Below, one piece after another: positions 1 through 14,128 of a stretch of 64,000 nt of DNA (positions are counted from its first letter, which is position 1; every line of letters begins with the position of its first letter). Below the pieces are notes generated by a model that saw only the letters and a list, made by a program, of their open reading frames with translations, ran no database searches and was not told the DNA's origin. Source of the DNA: Utricularia gibba (lineage: Eukaryota; Plantae; Magnoliophyta); assembly GCA_002189035.1 (NCBI GenBank), contig CM007991.1, forward strand, positions 3,224,001 through 3,288,000. The letters are read 5' to 3'. Position numbers and translations under genes: made by a program.

Positions 1-3000
1 CCGAGTGACACCTTCCTGCCTTGAGTTGTGAAGTGGGGTTAAAAAGCTTGGTTGCATGGTTGTAGCAATAGAGGCCCGTCTTCTAGGCTGGAAAGCTTGA
101 GATGCTGCCGCTGTGGTTGTAGGCTGTGCAACAAAGGAACCTCTTCGTGCTTGTAGACTTGGCCTTGCTGTGTTTTTCATCATGAATGGTCTTGGTCCAT
201 TCTCTTTCCCTTCAGGTACAGTAGGCAGGAAGGAAGCTCTGCTTGTCCTTGAAGTAGAGGAAGGCATGGCGTTTGAGATTCTTCTAAGTGGGATCCTTGC
301 GGTGAATGGAGCCAGTGGTGGCTTTTTGGCTGTCGAATTCCTTGCACCTTGATTGGGTTTCGAGGACTGAACAGATATCGAAGCTAAAGCTCGGTTTTCC
401 ACTTTTAATCTTGTTTTCCTTTCCTCAACCAACTGGCTCTCCAGATCTCTTACCTTAGGATGGGCAATATCAAGCAAACCATGCGTAAGTGAAGTGATAA
501 TCTCTACTGGTTTCTATAGAAGCATCGTTCCATACCTTCTCCTGAAGATTCTTGCAAATGTGATCTCTGGCAGCAAGTCGTAGCTGCAAAGAGTGAACAT
601 TCTCCTGCAGTCGCTTTATCTCCTTGTCATCAACTTTTGCCTTTTCAGCCTGCATACAATCATCAAAACAACCGATGAGCAAGCCATGTTTTCCTTCTCA
701 TCACGGGAAGCTGGAATTTTTATTTCATACTAGCTGCTTATATTTTGCAAGTTCAGCATGATCCGGCTGCCGTCGAGCTGGACCCTGCTCAATTCCTCGG
801 ACGCGACTTGCGAAATTCAAGGAGCAAAGGGTTTCCCCAAGATCTGACAAGTTGGGGCTGATTTGGACAAACATCAAAGTCTTACAATCTCCACCTGCAC
901 AGTTGAGGCTCATTTAGAAATGGTACCCCAGACGAACTTAAAAGTTGACCTTGCTGGCTCACCTAGAGAGCTTTGCAGCAAATGTGTAAGTTTGGAGTTC
1001 CTGTTGGATCCAGAAATGGGTTATCCTCAATGGCAGCTGTATCAAAAATCATGAATACTTGGCAAGAAACGGAACCTGTAAGGAACATGAGATGATTTCG
1101 AAGCCAGAGCAGAGATCACATCTCCAAGGGCTGATAATGATTTGTTGATGAACTGAGATTCTTTGAGCCGATCACCCTCTACTTCAGTCCTACTTACACG
1201 CTCACTTCCAGCCAAGTCAACCAGCCACAAATGACTTTTTGTTCTATGCCCATCCAGTAAATCTTCTGCAACAACAGTCACCCGCAACAAGCTGCAGCAG
1301 AATCAAGGGTGTGACAAATTCATATATAATCATATATCATGTATTTTACTTTCTAAATCATACGAAAAGAAAAAGAGGAAAGGCACATATTCCGGCAGTG
1401 TGTTCCTGTAAATTACCAATGAGAGCGACTGCTGAGTTCATTTGCATTAGTTGAGCCAACAGACCTCGCTTGGCTTCCAGATTTCAGAAGACCCCAAATT
1501 TCATCTGTATTGAAAACACGTGCTTCTGTAAGTCCACGTACTTCCTGAGTACCCTCAGCTGATTGCTTTATCTCCAGCCTTCGTTTAAAGAGAATTAACA
1601 CTGTTCAGATGCTCACTACCGAGACAGAAGACAAGCCATAACTATTCAAGGGAATTCACCGAGACGACGCTTACTTCTTTTGGGGCTGGTTTGAGCAGTC
1701 AACCAGCAGATCCCTGATCTTTTCGTTGTAAACTTCTAACATACTCACAAACAAATCGCATCTCACAATATTGCTTCTTTCCTCAGATATTTTAAACAGC
1801 ATTTCCAAAGTTCTGTAGTTCACTCCTCTATTCCCCGGCGCCCCTTCCATTGTGTATGTTTTTCCAGAACCAGTCTGTCCATAGGCAAATATGCATACGT
1901 TGTAACCATCCAAAACAGAGCTCACTAGAGGCCGTATTTGAGCAAAGACAACATCTGCATAATGTAAAGACACAATGATTAGCATCGTGACGAGTTCAGT
2001 AACATGAATTATAAAATAACGAATGAGGGAAATGAGAGGCATCTGTAACAGTCAGCAGGACTCTGTTCAGCCAAATGATTTAATTTTCCTTCAAACTTAC
2101 CTTGGTTGTCCTCTGCTCGGAATACATGATCAAATCTGAATTGCTTTCTGGAAAAGTCAGAGCTAATGATGTGGAGCTCATTTTCTTGAGATGCATCAAA
2201 ATCAAGGGCTGAAGTTGTACCATTAGCAATCTCATATTCTTTTAGTGGCCTGAACCTGCAGAAAACCCTTATGTTTCCCTTGAGCTCAGTAATCTCATTG
2301 AAGAGCTTCTGTCTTTGAGAGTATTCTTCCAAATACTTCCTTTTTAGAAGTTCTGTCTCTTCAGCATACTTTTTCTTCAGAGCCTGATGCTCCGCTGCTA
2401 AAAATGTAGTAAAATAAGGATTTGAAAAACAAATAACGAACTGTGAATTATACACAGATTCTGAAACAATATGGAACTTGTAACATACTAAGATTCTGAA
2501 GAGATGTGAAAGCATCATGTCCACACAAAGATTCAGACTCAATTCTCGTCACATCATTGCACGAGCGCTCTCGTTCCTTTTTCATAACCTGAAGCAAAAT
2601 TCAGATAATCATAAAAAAGGTTCTAGAAATCAAGGTACTTTCCAAGACACCCAATCACCTGAAATTGGTTACTAATGTCTTGTAGTTTCATAAAGATGGG
2701 ATGCATATGGCCCTGGTCACATGTTTCTTGAATTGAATCATATTCAGTATCAGAACTTGTTTCCAAGCTGCAGGTCTCATCGCATTGCCCTGAAAATAAT
2801 CCCCCATATCAGAAATGAGTTTTCCAAAAGCGAAGTCAGAAACCCACAAAAGTCTCCACAATATACCATAGCATAATGTACACCCAATGTGAATTTGATC
2901 AAATGGAGCGCAAAAAATTAGTTACTCACCATGATTTCCAGTAGATAGAGCTACGGATCCGTCGAAATCGACAGGAGTTTCGAAAGCACGATCTGTAGAA

Positions 3001-3093
3001 AAAAAAACAACAAACAGCCGCAAATGAACACAATATCACATTACATGACGGCACGGCCGCGTTTTAGAGGAAACGTGTACAAGTACCGTTCAT
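1..3093 (-). CDS. KIN14S: Kinesin-14 family motor protein (KIN14S/At5g27550-like), multi-exon; 3' end runs off the window
   Basis: Exons encode [12 protein letters not shown]-loop [50 protein letters not shown]. Inferred start is ATGAACG (3093-3087), followed by a GT..AG intron to 2995. The frame is still open at position 1. Confidence 0.93.
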
Positions 3094-3246
3094 GGAAGCA
3101 GATAAAATGCCACAATCTTCTCGGACTGACAGAAACAATAGTTTGAGCAAAACGACGCGCGGAAGAGGAGAGAGCATGGGTGAGCAAAGCCTTTATTCGG
3201 TTCGAAACAGATCACAATCGCCAGTTTTTGAACTTGGAGCAATCTG

Positions 3247-3287
3247 GGCCGTTGGATTGCTGGATTCTGTGGAGCTTCTCGTAACGG
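3247..3287. promoter_or_regulatory. Two MSA-like (AACGG) elements in the divergent promoter of the kinesin
   Basis: 3247-3256 reads TCCAACGGCC on the minus strand (fits YCYAACGGYY); a second AACGG is at 3283-3287. MSA elements are known from MYB3R-regulated G2/M genes, including mitotic kinesins. Confidence 0.55.
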
Positions 3288-3456
3288 CTATAATTCTGTT
3301 TGGGACCCACATGCAATTGTTCTGACGTACAAATCGAACGCGCTGTCGCGCAGTTGTGGAGATCAAATGAAATAACTTCCATTCTCTGCTCTCTCTCTTC
3401 ATTCACCGCCACCGACGGAACTTGAAGATCCAGTTGCGCCTCCGCTGCCGACTACG

Positions 3457-3861
3457 ATGAGTTCCATTTTCCGGCAGCGTTTGGATCAATCGCTTCCGCT
3501 TTCCCAAACCCAAGTTCAAGACGCCAAAGCTCAAACTCAGGGTCTCCGCCGTCGCCTCTCCTCTCTATCCCTAAATCTCAAAATTAATCCGTCCGCCGCC
3601 GAATGGACCCTCCGCCGCTCCAAATCCTTCTCCTCCTTCGGTCAAAACGCCGGAACTTCAATCAAAGGGTGGTGGTCCCGGAGCTGGGGCTGGATCCTGT
3701 CTCGGAAGCCCTCGTTCGCTGTAGATCTGGAGATGAATGAGGAAGAAACCGCCGTTCTAGGTACTCACAATAGAGGCAGTTTACGCCACATTTTTTACAA
3801 GTTTAGTACACAAATCAGCCGGAAGCTCCACCGCGCTGACGGCGGTCACCTCCCACGGTAA
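3457..3861 (+). CDS. Conserved plant uncharacterised protein (134 aa, single exon)
   Basis: ATG-initiated ORF after a CT-rich leader. It contains the motifs LRRRLSSLSL, WWSRSWGWILSRKP and DLEMNEEET..LG.HNRGS.RH, which I recognise as a plant-conserved family without an established name. Confidence 0.75.
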   Translation: MSSIFRQRLDQSLPLSQTQVQDAKAQTQGLRRRLSSLSLNLKINPSAAEWTLRRSKSFSSFGQNAGTSIKGWWSRSWGWILSRKPSFAVDLEMNEEETAVLGTHNRGSLRHIFYKFSTQISRKLHRADGGHLPR

Positions 3862-4298
3862 CATGAAATCGACGCCGGATTCGCCTCCTCATCGGATCAA
3901 CCATACACGCTGCAATCTCTCATTTCTTGATTTATGTATTTTTTCAAGATTCAAGAATTCTTTTGCTGTTCATCTACCAGTTTGCTTGCTGTATCCTGTG
4001 CGTGATCGTGATCTCGCTTTTTTGAAGAAACTGAACTAGAAGTATCTCTTTTGTACTAAAAGGTCTGATTTATTGAATATTTGCAACGTTGGGCATGAAA
4101 AAGGAGTATTTATATTTTCCTCCTCATTCAAGACAAAGTTTCTGAGGCCAAATTGTAAAAAAGGCACTTGGAAGGGTATAGTTGAGTTATCATGATACTG
4201 CGACACGTGGGATCGTAACTGGAGACGGATCTATCTCGGGCTGCAACGGCAGCAGGAAGGACGTTTTGTTCGGGATTGTGGAGGAGGGAGGAGTAGTG

Positions 4299-5965
4299 AT
4301 GGCTGCCGTGTCCGCCGCCGTGAACATCTACGCGCCGCCTTGTCGTCGGGAACTGCACATCTTCTCCACCTTTCCTATCCGCTCCGGAACTTCACCCGCC
4401 TCCGCTTCCCGTTTCGGCCGTGAGCACCCGGTGGGTCTTTTCACACCTAGCCGCAGGACAGCAGCTATTTATTCCTCTCAAACTCCATACATCTCCGTTG
4501 AACCTGCCTCCACGACTTCTGCCGGGGGTAATTTCGGTTAATTGGTTGATGTTTACGCATATAGTTATTTTGCGTTCATGGTTGTTGAGTTACCGATTGG
4601 TGAATGAAGGCTGGGAGGACTTCGCTGAAAAGGTTTCTGGCGAGTGGGACGGCTTTGGAGCGGATTTTACGGCGGAGGGGAAGCCAATCCACCTTCCGGA
4701 ATCGGTTGTTCCGGAGGCTTTTAGAGAATGGGATGTTGAGGTTTTCGATTGGCAAACGCAGTGCCCTACTCTCGCTCAATCCCAAAACAACTACAATCCA
4801 TCGCTTATCTACAAGACCATTAAACTCCTCCCAACCGTTGGGTGTGAAGCCGACGCCGCCACTGTTTACAGTACCCTGGAGAGGAATGTAACGGTAGGCC
4901 ATGACTCTCCTTTCGCGTATCAATCCAGGGGAAGCTACGTAGCTCTATGGCCTACTAGCAGCACTGACAGGTTCCTTGCCTTGGAACACTGCTTGGTGAA
5001 TCCTGATGACAAGGAATCACGGGTAAGGGTAATTCAGACTATTGAGTTGCAACCGGAGCTGAAATTGCGCAGTATTCAAGTCTTTGCGGAGCGATGGTAT
5101 GGCCCATTCAGGAACGGGGAGCAACTTGGGGGGTGCGCCATTCGTGATTCTGCATTTGCTGCCTCTGAACCTCTAAATGCATCCCAAGTTTCGTCAGTGT
5201 GGCAAGCCTTCACTTCTATTGCCACATTTGATGATTCCCACAAGGTTAGTTTGTAAATTCTTGATGACTTGCCCTCTCTGTGGGACTCGACCTTCTGTTG
5301 GTTATTGCTGTTCTACACAGATCAAATATTGCATTGAAGTTAGTGTGAATCCATGCCTACATATTTAATCGATTGTGTTTCAGTTCTTGATTATCAAAAG
5401 GATGCAATCTCCTTTTCATTTGTGGATTTACTTTCTGTTAATATGGTAGATGAAGTTCAATTTCTGAGTGTGGATGCGGGATGTTGGTAGCAGGTTCTTT
5501 TCATTCTTCATTCATGTAAGATAGCGATGTGAATGGATCTCGTAGATGTTGTTAACCCATTGTTTTCCATCATGAATCAGGCATTGACAGCTTGTTACTG
5601 GTATAAAGGTTTCATTCTCAGTGAGATTTACTTTCCCTTGTGTGATCAGATGATTCAGCTACTCGAACCAGTAGGCGTCTGCCAAACAAGGAGGAATGTG
5701 AGTGAATTCATATTCCTCCCAAAGCAGCTTTGGTGTTCAACAAGAAGAGCAGAAAATGGCGGAATCTCATTTGAAGTTGGATGGTTGTTTGGTCAGGGAA
5801 GAAGCATAACATCAAAGTGCACCTTTTCAAGCACAGCTCAACTCCAAGTAAGCTTCTTTGTGAACACAAAATGGTTCTCTGTGTTGCAGGCTCTCAGAAA
5901 TTATTCATTGCTCACACTTGCTGCAGGAGATTACCATGGCAAGCGAAACCGTAACTCAAGAATAG
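4299..5965 (+). CDS. Plastid-targeted uncharacterised protein, At4g38225-like (4 exons)
   Basis: Transit-peptide-like N-terminus. Intron 4529-4610 joins it in frame to GWEDFAEKVSGEWDGFGADF...PEAFREWDVEVFDWQTQCPTLA. Further exons about 5650-5847 and 5927-5965 (ends TQE*). Confidence 0.8.
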
Positions 5966-6289
5966 AGTTCAGGATTCAAAATGCCGCACTTCCGCAGAAA
6001 CAAGTGATACAGCAAGTTGAATTGTATGTACTTACAAGCAAGGTGATACAAATTACTCGGAACATTACAGCAGTTACAAACAAATAAATAGACCTGAATC
6101 TTCTGAAGTCCATCATCTACATGCAGCCTCCTTATTCCAGAAGACTCTCCTACATTCTGTTTTCATCAGATTCGCTACTCATATGAGCTACAAATATGCA
6201 GAACGTCTTTTAGGGTGGCGACTGATGGCTATAAAATCCACAACAGCTGATTCACTCAGGAAGGCAAATCACCTGGGAAGAATGGCTCT

Positions 6290-8507
<2,218 letters not shown>

Positions 8508-10358
8508 GAAACAACCTGATTCCCCCTCTCTGTTTCTATCAGAATCCCAAGCCTTTCCACATCAAGTAGCTTCTCATGGATATCCCCAATTTCTGGAATC
8601 AAAGACACAAAGCAAGGAATCATAAGCTGCAACAGAGAAAAAGTGGAAATTCTAGCTACCAACAACTCCATAATCTACCACGAATACCCGCAAACCGCAA
8701 CATCAAACGAACCAGAATACACGCCACGCAAAGTCACAGATAATGATAGATGCAAGAAAATCAGACCGGACCACAAAAAAAAAAAGAGAAAAAACAAGCA
8801 ATCCCCATTATCAATCAAAGCGTTAAAACAAAGAACACCCACGTACCTGATCAAACACAGCTACAGGGAGGAAAAAAGAAAAGCCCTTTCAGAAGTAGAG
8901 CAAAGGAGCAGATGGATCCTCATTCAAATTATCCATAAGCTCCACCAAAATAAAAAAGGGAGAAGAACTCCATTACTGACCCAGTCAAAAAATATCTGCG
9001 CACCAACCTTGCAAACAGCCATGTGCGGGCAAAGCCGGCTTTTTATCCGTTTCCTTTTCTTGTCCTGAGTTGCGATCTTTTTTATCCCAGTGGGGTCTCC
9101 CTTCAGACGTGGTTTTCAACGCAGGAAGACGACCACCGGAAAGCCGCCACATGCAGATTTCCATTTCTAATTAAAATCCTGATCCTTTAGCTCCCTACGG
9201 ATCACAATGAATGCCACTGGCCATATCTCTCTCATCTCCACGAAAATATTTACGGGTTAGTTTTGAAAATAATAAAAAATATGTGTGGAACTTTGAAAGA
9301 AAGTTTTGTGCAAAACGAGTACAATTTGTAAATATGTATAAAGTGAGGGGCACAAAAGGGAAATATGAAGAAAGAAGGGAAAACGCTGCCACATATAAAT
9401 ACACTGTTGAAATGCAGACGTCGCCCGCAGCAGCTCTTTGTCTACTCCGAACACCGCCGCCACAATGTGGCTTCTTCTGCTACTGTCGCTCCTTCACAGC
9501 GCCACCGTCCGCCAAAACCAGCAGAATTTCAGATGTCGGGGGAAAATTCCTGGCGCCGTCTCGGAATCCGAGAAGCTGGAAGGCTTAACGGAGTTGGTTG
9601 ACCTCTTGTACCGAGTCACATGATTTCAGATCGGTTCTTTCTTCTCCGTTCAACATTTACATTGTCTGGCATGGCATCTGAATCGCGAATCACCTGCTTC
9701 TCCCTTCGCGGAGCGGGCACCGTTTCGCTGTACACCGACCAGACCGGGGCTAATATCTCGCGCTCCGTTGCCATCGTTGGAGAGCACACGGACGCGAGTT
9801 ACTCCCACGGCGTGAGTCTCATGGCCCCTCAATTCAACAGGTGGTCGAGACGATGCAAGGTTTAAATCCTTCGCTGTCGACCACAAGAGCTTGCACCCAC
9901 GGCGCCGTTCAAGATTTCCGCCGCGCCGTCTGCGAAGCGCGTCGATGGTGGGGTGCACATTGCCGTACCCCTGGGTCGGAAACTCCGGCAAGACGTCCCG
10001 GAATTCAGCGCGGACCGCATGTCCGGCAGCGGCCCGGGGAATCTGTAGCCGCCTAACGGCGGCGTGGGTATCGACGACGATGCTGGCGGAGCGGGTACTA
10101 ATGCGCGCTAATCACTTGATCACTGAACAAAGCTTTTTTTGTTAATTGTTTAATTATTTTTCTAATACCGTAAAAGCAAAAACACTTTTTTTTAATTTTT
10201 CTGTTTTAGTAATTTTTTTATGATAGCAAAAAATACATATATTTAATTACTATTTATAGCAACCTTATGCTCTTCCGCAACACTGGAGCTCTGTCGAAAA
10301 GTCTCCTTCTGACTCTCTGAATCGGAGCCCTAATTTTTTCTCAATTGGAATTCAGAAT

Positions 10359-12031
10359 ATGTCGAGGCGAGCGCTTCCGATCGTCAATCGGATTCTGTTT
10401 TCCGGCGGAGTCAACGCGCAGTCCCGATCCGTGACGTACATGCCTCGTCCTGGAGATGGAGCTCCCGCGCCGTGACTCTGATTCCTGGAGATGGAGTCGG
10501 TCCGCTGGTTACCGGTGCCGTGGAACAGGTCATGGGTGCTATGCACGCACCGGTTTACTTTGAGAAGTACGAGGTTTTTGGTGACATGAAGACCGTGCCT
10601 CCTGAGGTGATCGAATCGATTAAGAAGAATAAGGTTTGTTTGAAGGGTGGGCTGAGGACCCCCGTGGGTGGTGGTGTCAGCTCGCTGAATGTGGCATTGA
10701 GAAGGGAGCTTGATCTTTATGCATCACTCGTGCATTGCTTTAATTTGGAGGGGTTGCCGACGCGGCATGAGAATGTGGATATCGTCGTGATTAGGGAAAA
10801 TACAGAAGGCGAGTATTCGGGACTCGAGCACGAGGTTGTCCCTGGAGTTGTCGAAAGCCTCAAGGTTTTTTTTTTTAATTTTTTGTTCCTGTCACATCTT
10901 TGTGCCTGTATTGCTATTTCAAGAAATCGTTGCTGTGAACATCTTGCACAGTCTGAGGGTGTGTGAAATTTACGCCAGCCACTCTACGTAAAAAGGTAGG
11001 AACTTTATAATGGCTGCCCTTTGATGGCGTGGACGTGTGATCGTTCGATTCCTCATGCTGATAGCGGAATTTTCTTATATGATTCTTTCCTTTGTCTTCT
11101 TGCCTTTTACTGCTGCTTTTTCTGGGCTGCAATGTTTTCTTACACTTTATTTATAGGTTATTACAAAGTTTTGCTCGGAGCGCATCGCACAGTATGCTTT
11201 TGAATATGCATACCTCAACAACAGGAAGAAAGTAACTGCCGTGCATAAAGCAAATATCATGAAACTGGCAGATGGCTTATTTTTGGAATCTTGTCGTGAG
11301 GTTGCTAGCAAGTACCCCAGTATTCAGTATAATGAGATGATAGTGGATAACTGCTCTATGCAACTTGTTTCTAAACCAGAGCAATTTGATGTCATGGTAA
11401 GACTGAATGACGCTCTAGGTCTTGATTCCAATGGGAGTCCACTCTTCTTTTTTTTTTTCATCTATGTTGGCTTGAGAGTTTTTAATGGTTGCCTGATAAA
11501 AAAAAGATGCTTATGTCACTTCCGATATTGAAGGTGACTCCAAATCTTTATGGGAACCTGGTTGCCAACACTGCAGCTGGTATCGCTGGAGGTACTGGTG
11601 TCATGCCTGGAGGTGCGTAGCGTGCACTGTTTAAGCTTTTCTTAGTTCTCCAAAAAGTTGGTCTAGTTTGCAATTATGGTCCTATCGAGTGAGTACATTT
11701 CCTTCTAAAATCAAGCTTTTCCTAGATTTTCTGAGTTGTAGTATGCTCTGTTCCAGGAAATGTGGGTGCGGATCATGCCATTTTTGAGCAAGGTGCATCT
11801 GCGGGTAATGTAGGAAATGCGAATTTGGTGGAGCAAAAGAGGGCAAATCCAATAGCTTTACTTCTATCTTCGGCCATGATGCTACGACATCTGCAGTTCC
11901 CTTCGTTTGCGGATCGTCTTGAGACGTCAGTTAACCGAGTCGTAGCTGAAGGCAAGTACCGGACCAAGGATCTTGGTGGAGAGAGTACTACCCAAGAAGT
12001 TGTGGATGCCGTCATTGCAAACCTTGATTAA
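10359..12031 (+). CDS. IDH1: Mitochondrial NAD-dependent isocitrate dehydrogenase regulatory subunit; apparent 1-bp frameshift at about 10464-10466
   Basis: [14 protein letters not shown](R)[66 protein letters not shown]; 4 exons. The frame is restored by adding one C to GCTCCCGCGCC. Confidence 0.93.
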
Positions 12032-13789
12032 ACTCTGCATATAAACTGCCCAAGCTACAGTTCTTTGGTAATTCTTTCCCCCAATCCTCCAGAGTTTTGT
12101 TCCTCATAAAGCAGGATGCTTGCTGATTTGAACATGGAGTTGGAATAAGTATGGCCTGAGTACTTCATTTATATCTGCTCTCATTTGAACTCCAGCACAT
12201 GGTGCAGCATTGTCATCCATTACCCACCTCTTTTTCTGAAGTTACATGATATGATACAGGCTTCAATTCCCCATCTCCTGCCATCCTTTGGCGGTTTACT
12301 GTCTGAAGCTCTTGAAATGTTGGCAGTGGTGGGAGTAAAAGAGTATTGGATTTAACCACCCTCCTCACTGTAGTTGTTGTTGGTCTACAGATTTGGGTCA
12401 AATCCTCAACCGGGACCCGGTTATGGAAAACAGAACCCGCAGCCCACCCATATGCTTGAATAGCTAGGATTGGAACAGGGGAGCAAGTATACAACTGGTT
12501 ACCTAGGATCCAAATAGCATGGGGGCCGGGTTGAGAATCTGGGTTGCCATGATGACCCGCACATGGACCCGTGTCCCAATCTGTCTTCTCTGGGTGACGA
12601 AACATGGATGCGAAATTGATATCATTTTAAATTGGGTACACGACAGCAAAGTGGGAGATGACGTTTTCCGACGGCACGGCGGCGTGGGGGCTCACCTCCT
12701 CCACTCCCTCCCTCCCTCCGTCCTTTTGGTGCAGCCTGCACCCCTACAGTCTACGGATGCTGATAATGCATGGTTTTCAATGTGCGATTACTCTTTGCCG
12801 GTCCGATCAACCCATAGCCGTCGTCCCAGACTGGTCCCCATCTACTCCGATCCAAATCCCCCCACCTGCTCTGATGCGTCACAGGAATCCCACAACCAAC
12901 AAACCTTCCTCCTCATCACCATCCCCGCATCTCAGACACAGCACTGCCTGCTCCTAACCCCATCAAGAAACCCCCAGGATCCATCCATCCTATCAGCATT
13001 CAGCAGCAGCAGCAGCAGCTGCCACGCCACCCCTCCCTTGGAGTTGGGTAGGCACATAAAGCATCTGTCTATCTATCTATCTCCCCCTCCGGTACCTAAT
13101 ACCTTGACCTACGGGGTGGTTTATTTGCGTGTTGCAATAAGAATGTAGATGGGCGCATCTACCCTCGGGAGAGGCCGGCGCCCGCCGGAGCATAATCGTC
13201 GTACCCTGAACACATCAGTCCCCGGCAGCGTCTATGCGTGAATGGCCTCATCATAATGTCATATTATTATCATACAATAAGACCTTAGCCCAAAACCCTA
13301 TCTATCTCCCTATCACCCTTTATTCCTTACCTATGTTTTCAAACCAAGACTACAAATCGTTCAAAATTCGGTTTTGATCGGTCAAAAGCTAAATTTGATC
13401 GATCAAAAAAAAGGATGCTATCTTCAAATAAAAATGGATTGCAATAATGATGATTATTTAAATATCATATCTCATAAAACCAGAAACCTTTTGTCTTGTT
13501 AATCGGTGATTTGCCAAAAAAACGGTTAACTAGTTTCCCAGTTAATCCATGGGTTTGAAAACATAGTTACTAACTTGCTGAATAATGTTCTAATAAATAA
13601 TTTTATTATTTGAAAATAAGAAAAAATCTATTCTCAAATACGCCTTAATTATTTACCTTCTAAAAGAAGATATCACCATCCACTGCCCCATACCTTTATT
13701 ATTATTTTTGGAATAATTTCCGGAGCGAAATTTATCGCTTTCGGAAAGATGTTTTTTCAAAAATAGCATGTGGACGGGACACATTCACG

Positions 13790-13936
13790 CACGTGCATTG
13801 AAGCCACGTCACTAATAAGAATATTTGTGAGAAATTAATTTGTACCCAGATGGAAAAGAAAAAAAAACTTATTATGGAGGATCACTATTATTTTAATTTT
13901 TATTTTAATTGATTGATTTTCATAGGCATCCACGTG
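13790..13936. promoter_or_regulatory. G-box/ABRE cluster upstream of the DUF630/632 gene
   Basis: CACGTG at 13790-13795, CCACGTCA at 13804-13811 and CACGTG at 13931-13936, all 190-340 bp upstream of the ATG at 14129. Confidence 0.4.
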
Positions 13937-14128
13937 ACAAAAGGGGAGTTTGAGGGTACGTAATAAAAATAATAAATAAATATAATAAAATGGGAATCAC
14001 ACGTTAGGAATGAGTAAGCACTGACACGTTACAAATACTCGCCAGGGGAGGCGAGTTTTCTCCTCCGATGGTGCTTTCAGAGGACAGCTTCCTGCCGACG
14101 AAAGAGTTCAAGGCCTCCTCCCTGAGAT

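Noticed and set aside
12257-12272. CAGGCTTCAATTCCCC resembles the 3' part of miR166 (with one extra A)
   Set aside because: The 5' six bases of miR166 do not match, the putative star arm pairs poorly and lies in the IDH1 3' UTR, and a match of this length is expected by chance across many miRNA families.
12268-12290. ATCCTTTGGC resembles half of the IPS1/miR399 target-mimic motif
   Set aside because: The GGGCAA half is absent, so it cannot pair as a mimic.
12547-12607. ATGATGA ... GAAAC looked like a box C or hammerhead core
   Set aside because: No downstream CTGA box D; the hammerhead needs CUGANGA and a stem II directly abutting GAAA, and neither is present.
13205-13260. Minus-strand ATGATGA...CTGA (box C/D-like) and plus-strand ACCCTGAAC (telomerase-template-like)
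   Set aside because: The C-D span is only about 40 nt with no convincing rRNA guide, and there is no USE/TATA Pol III promoter at the proper spacing for a telomerase RNA.
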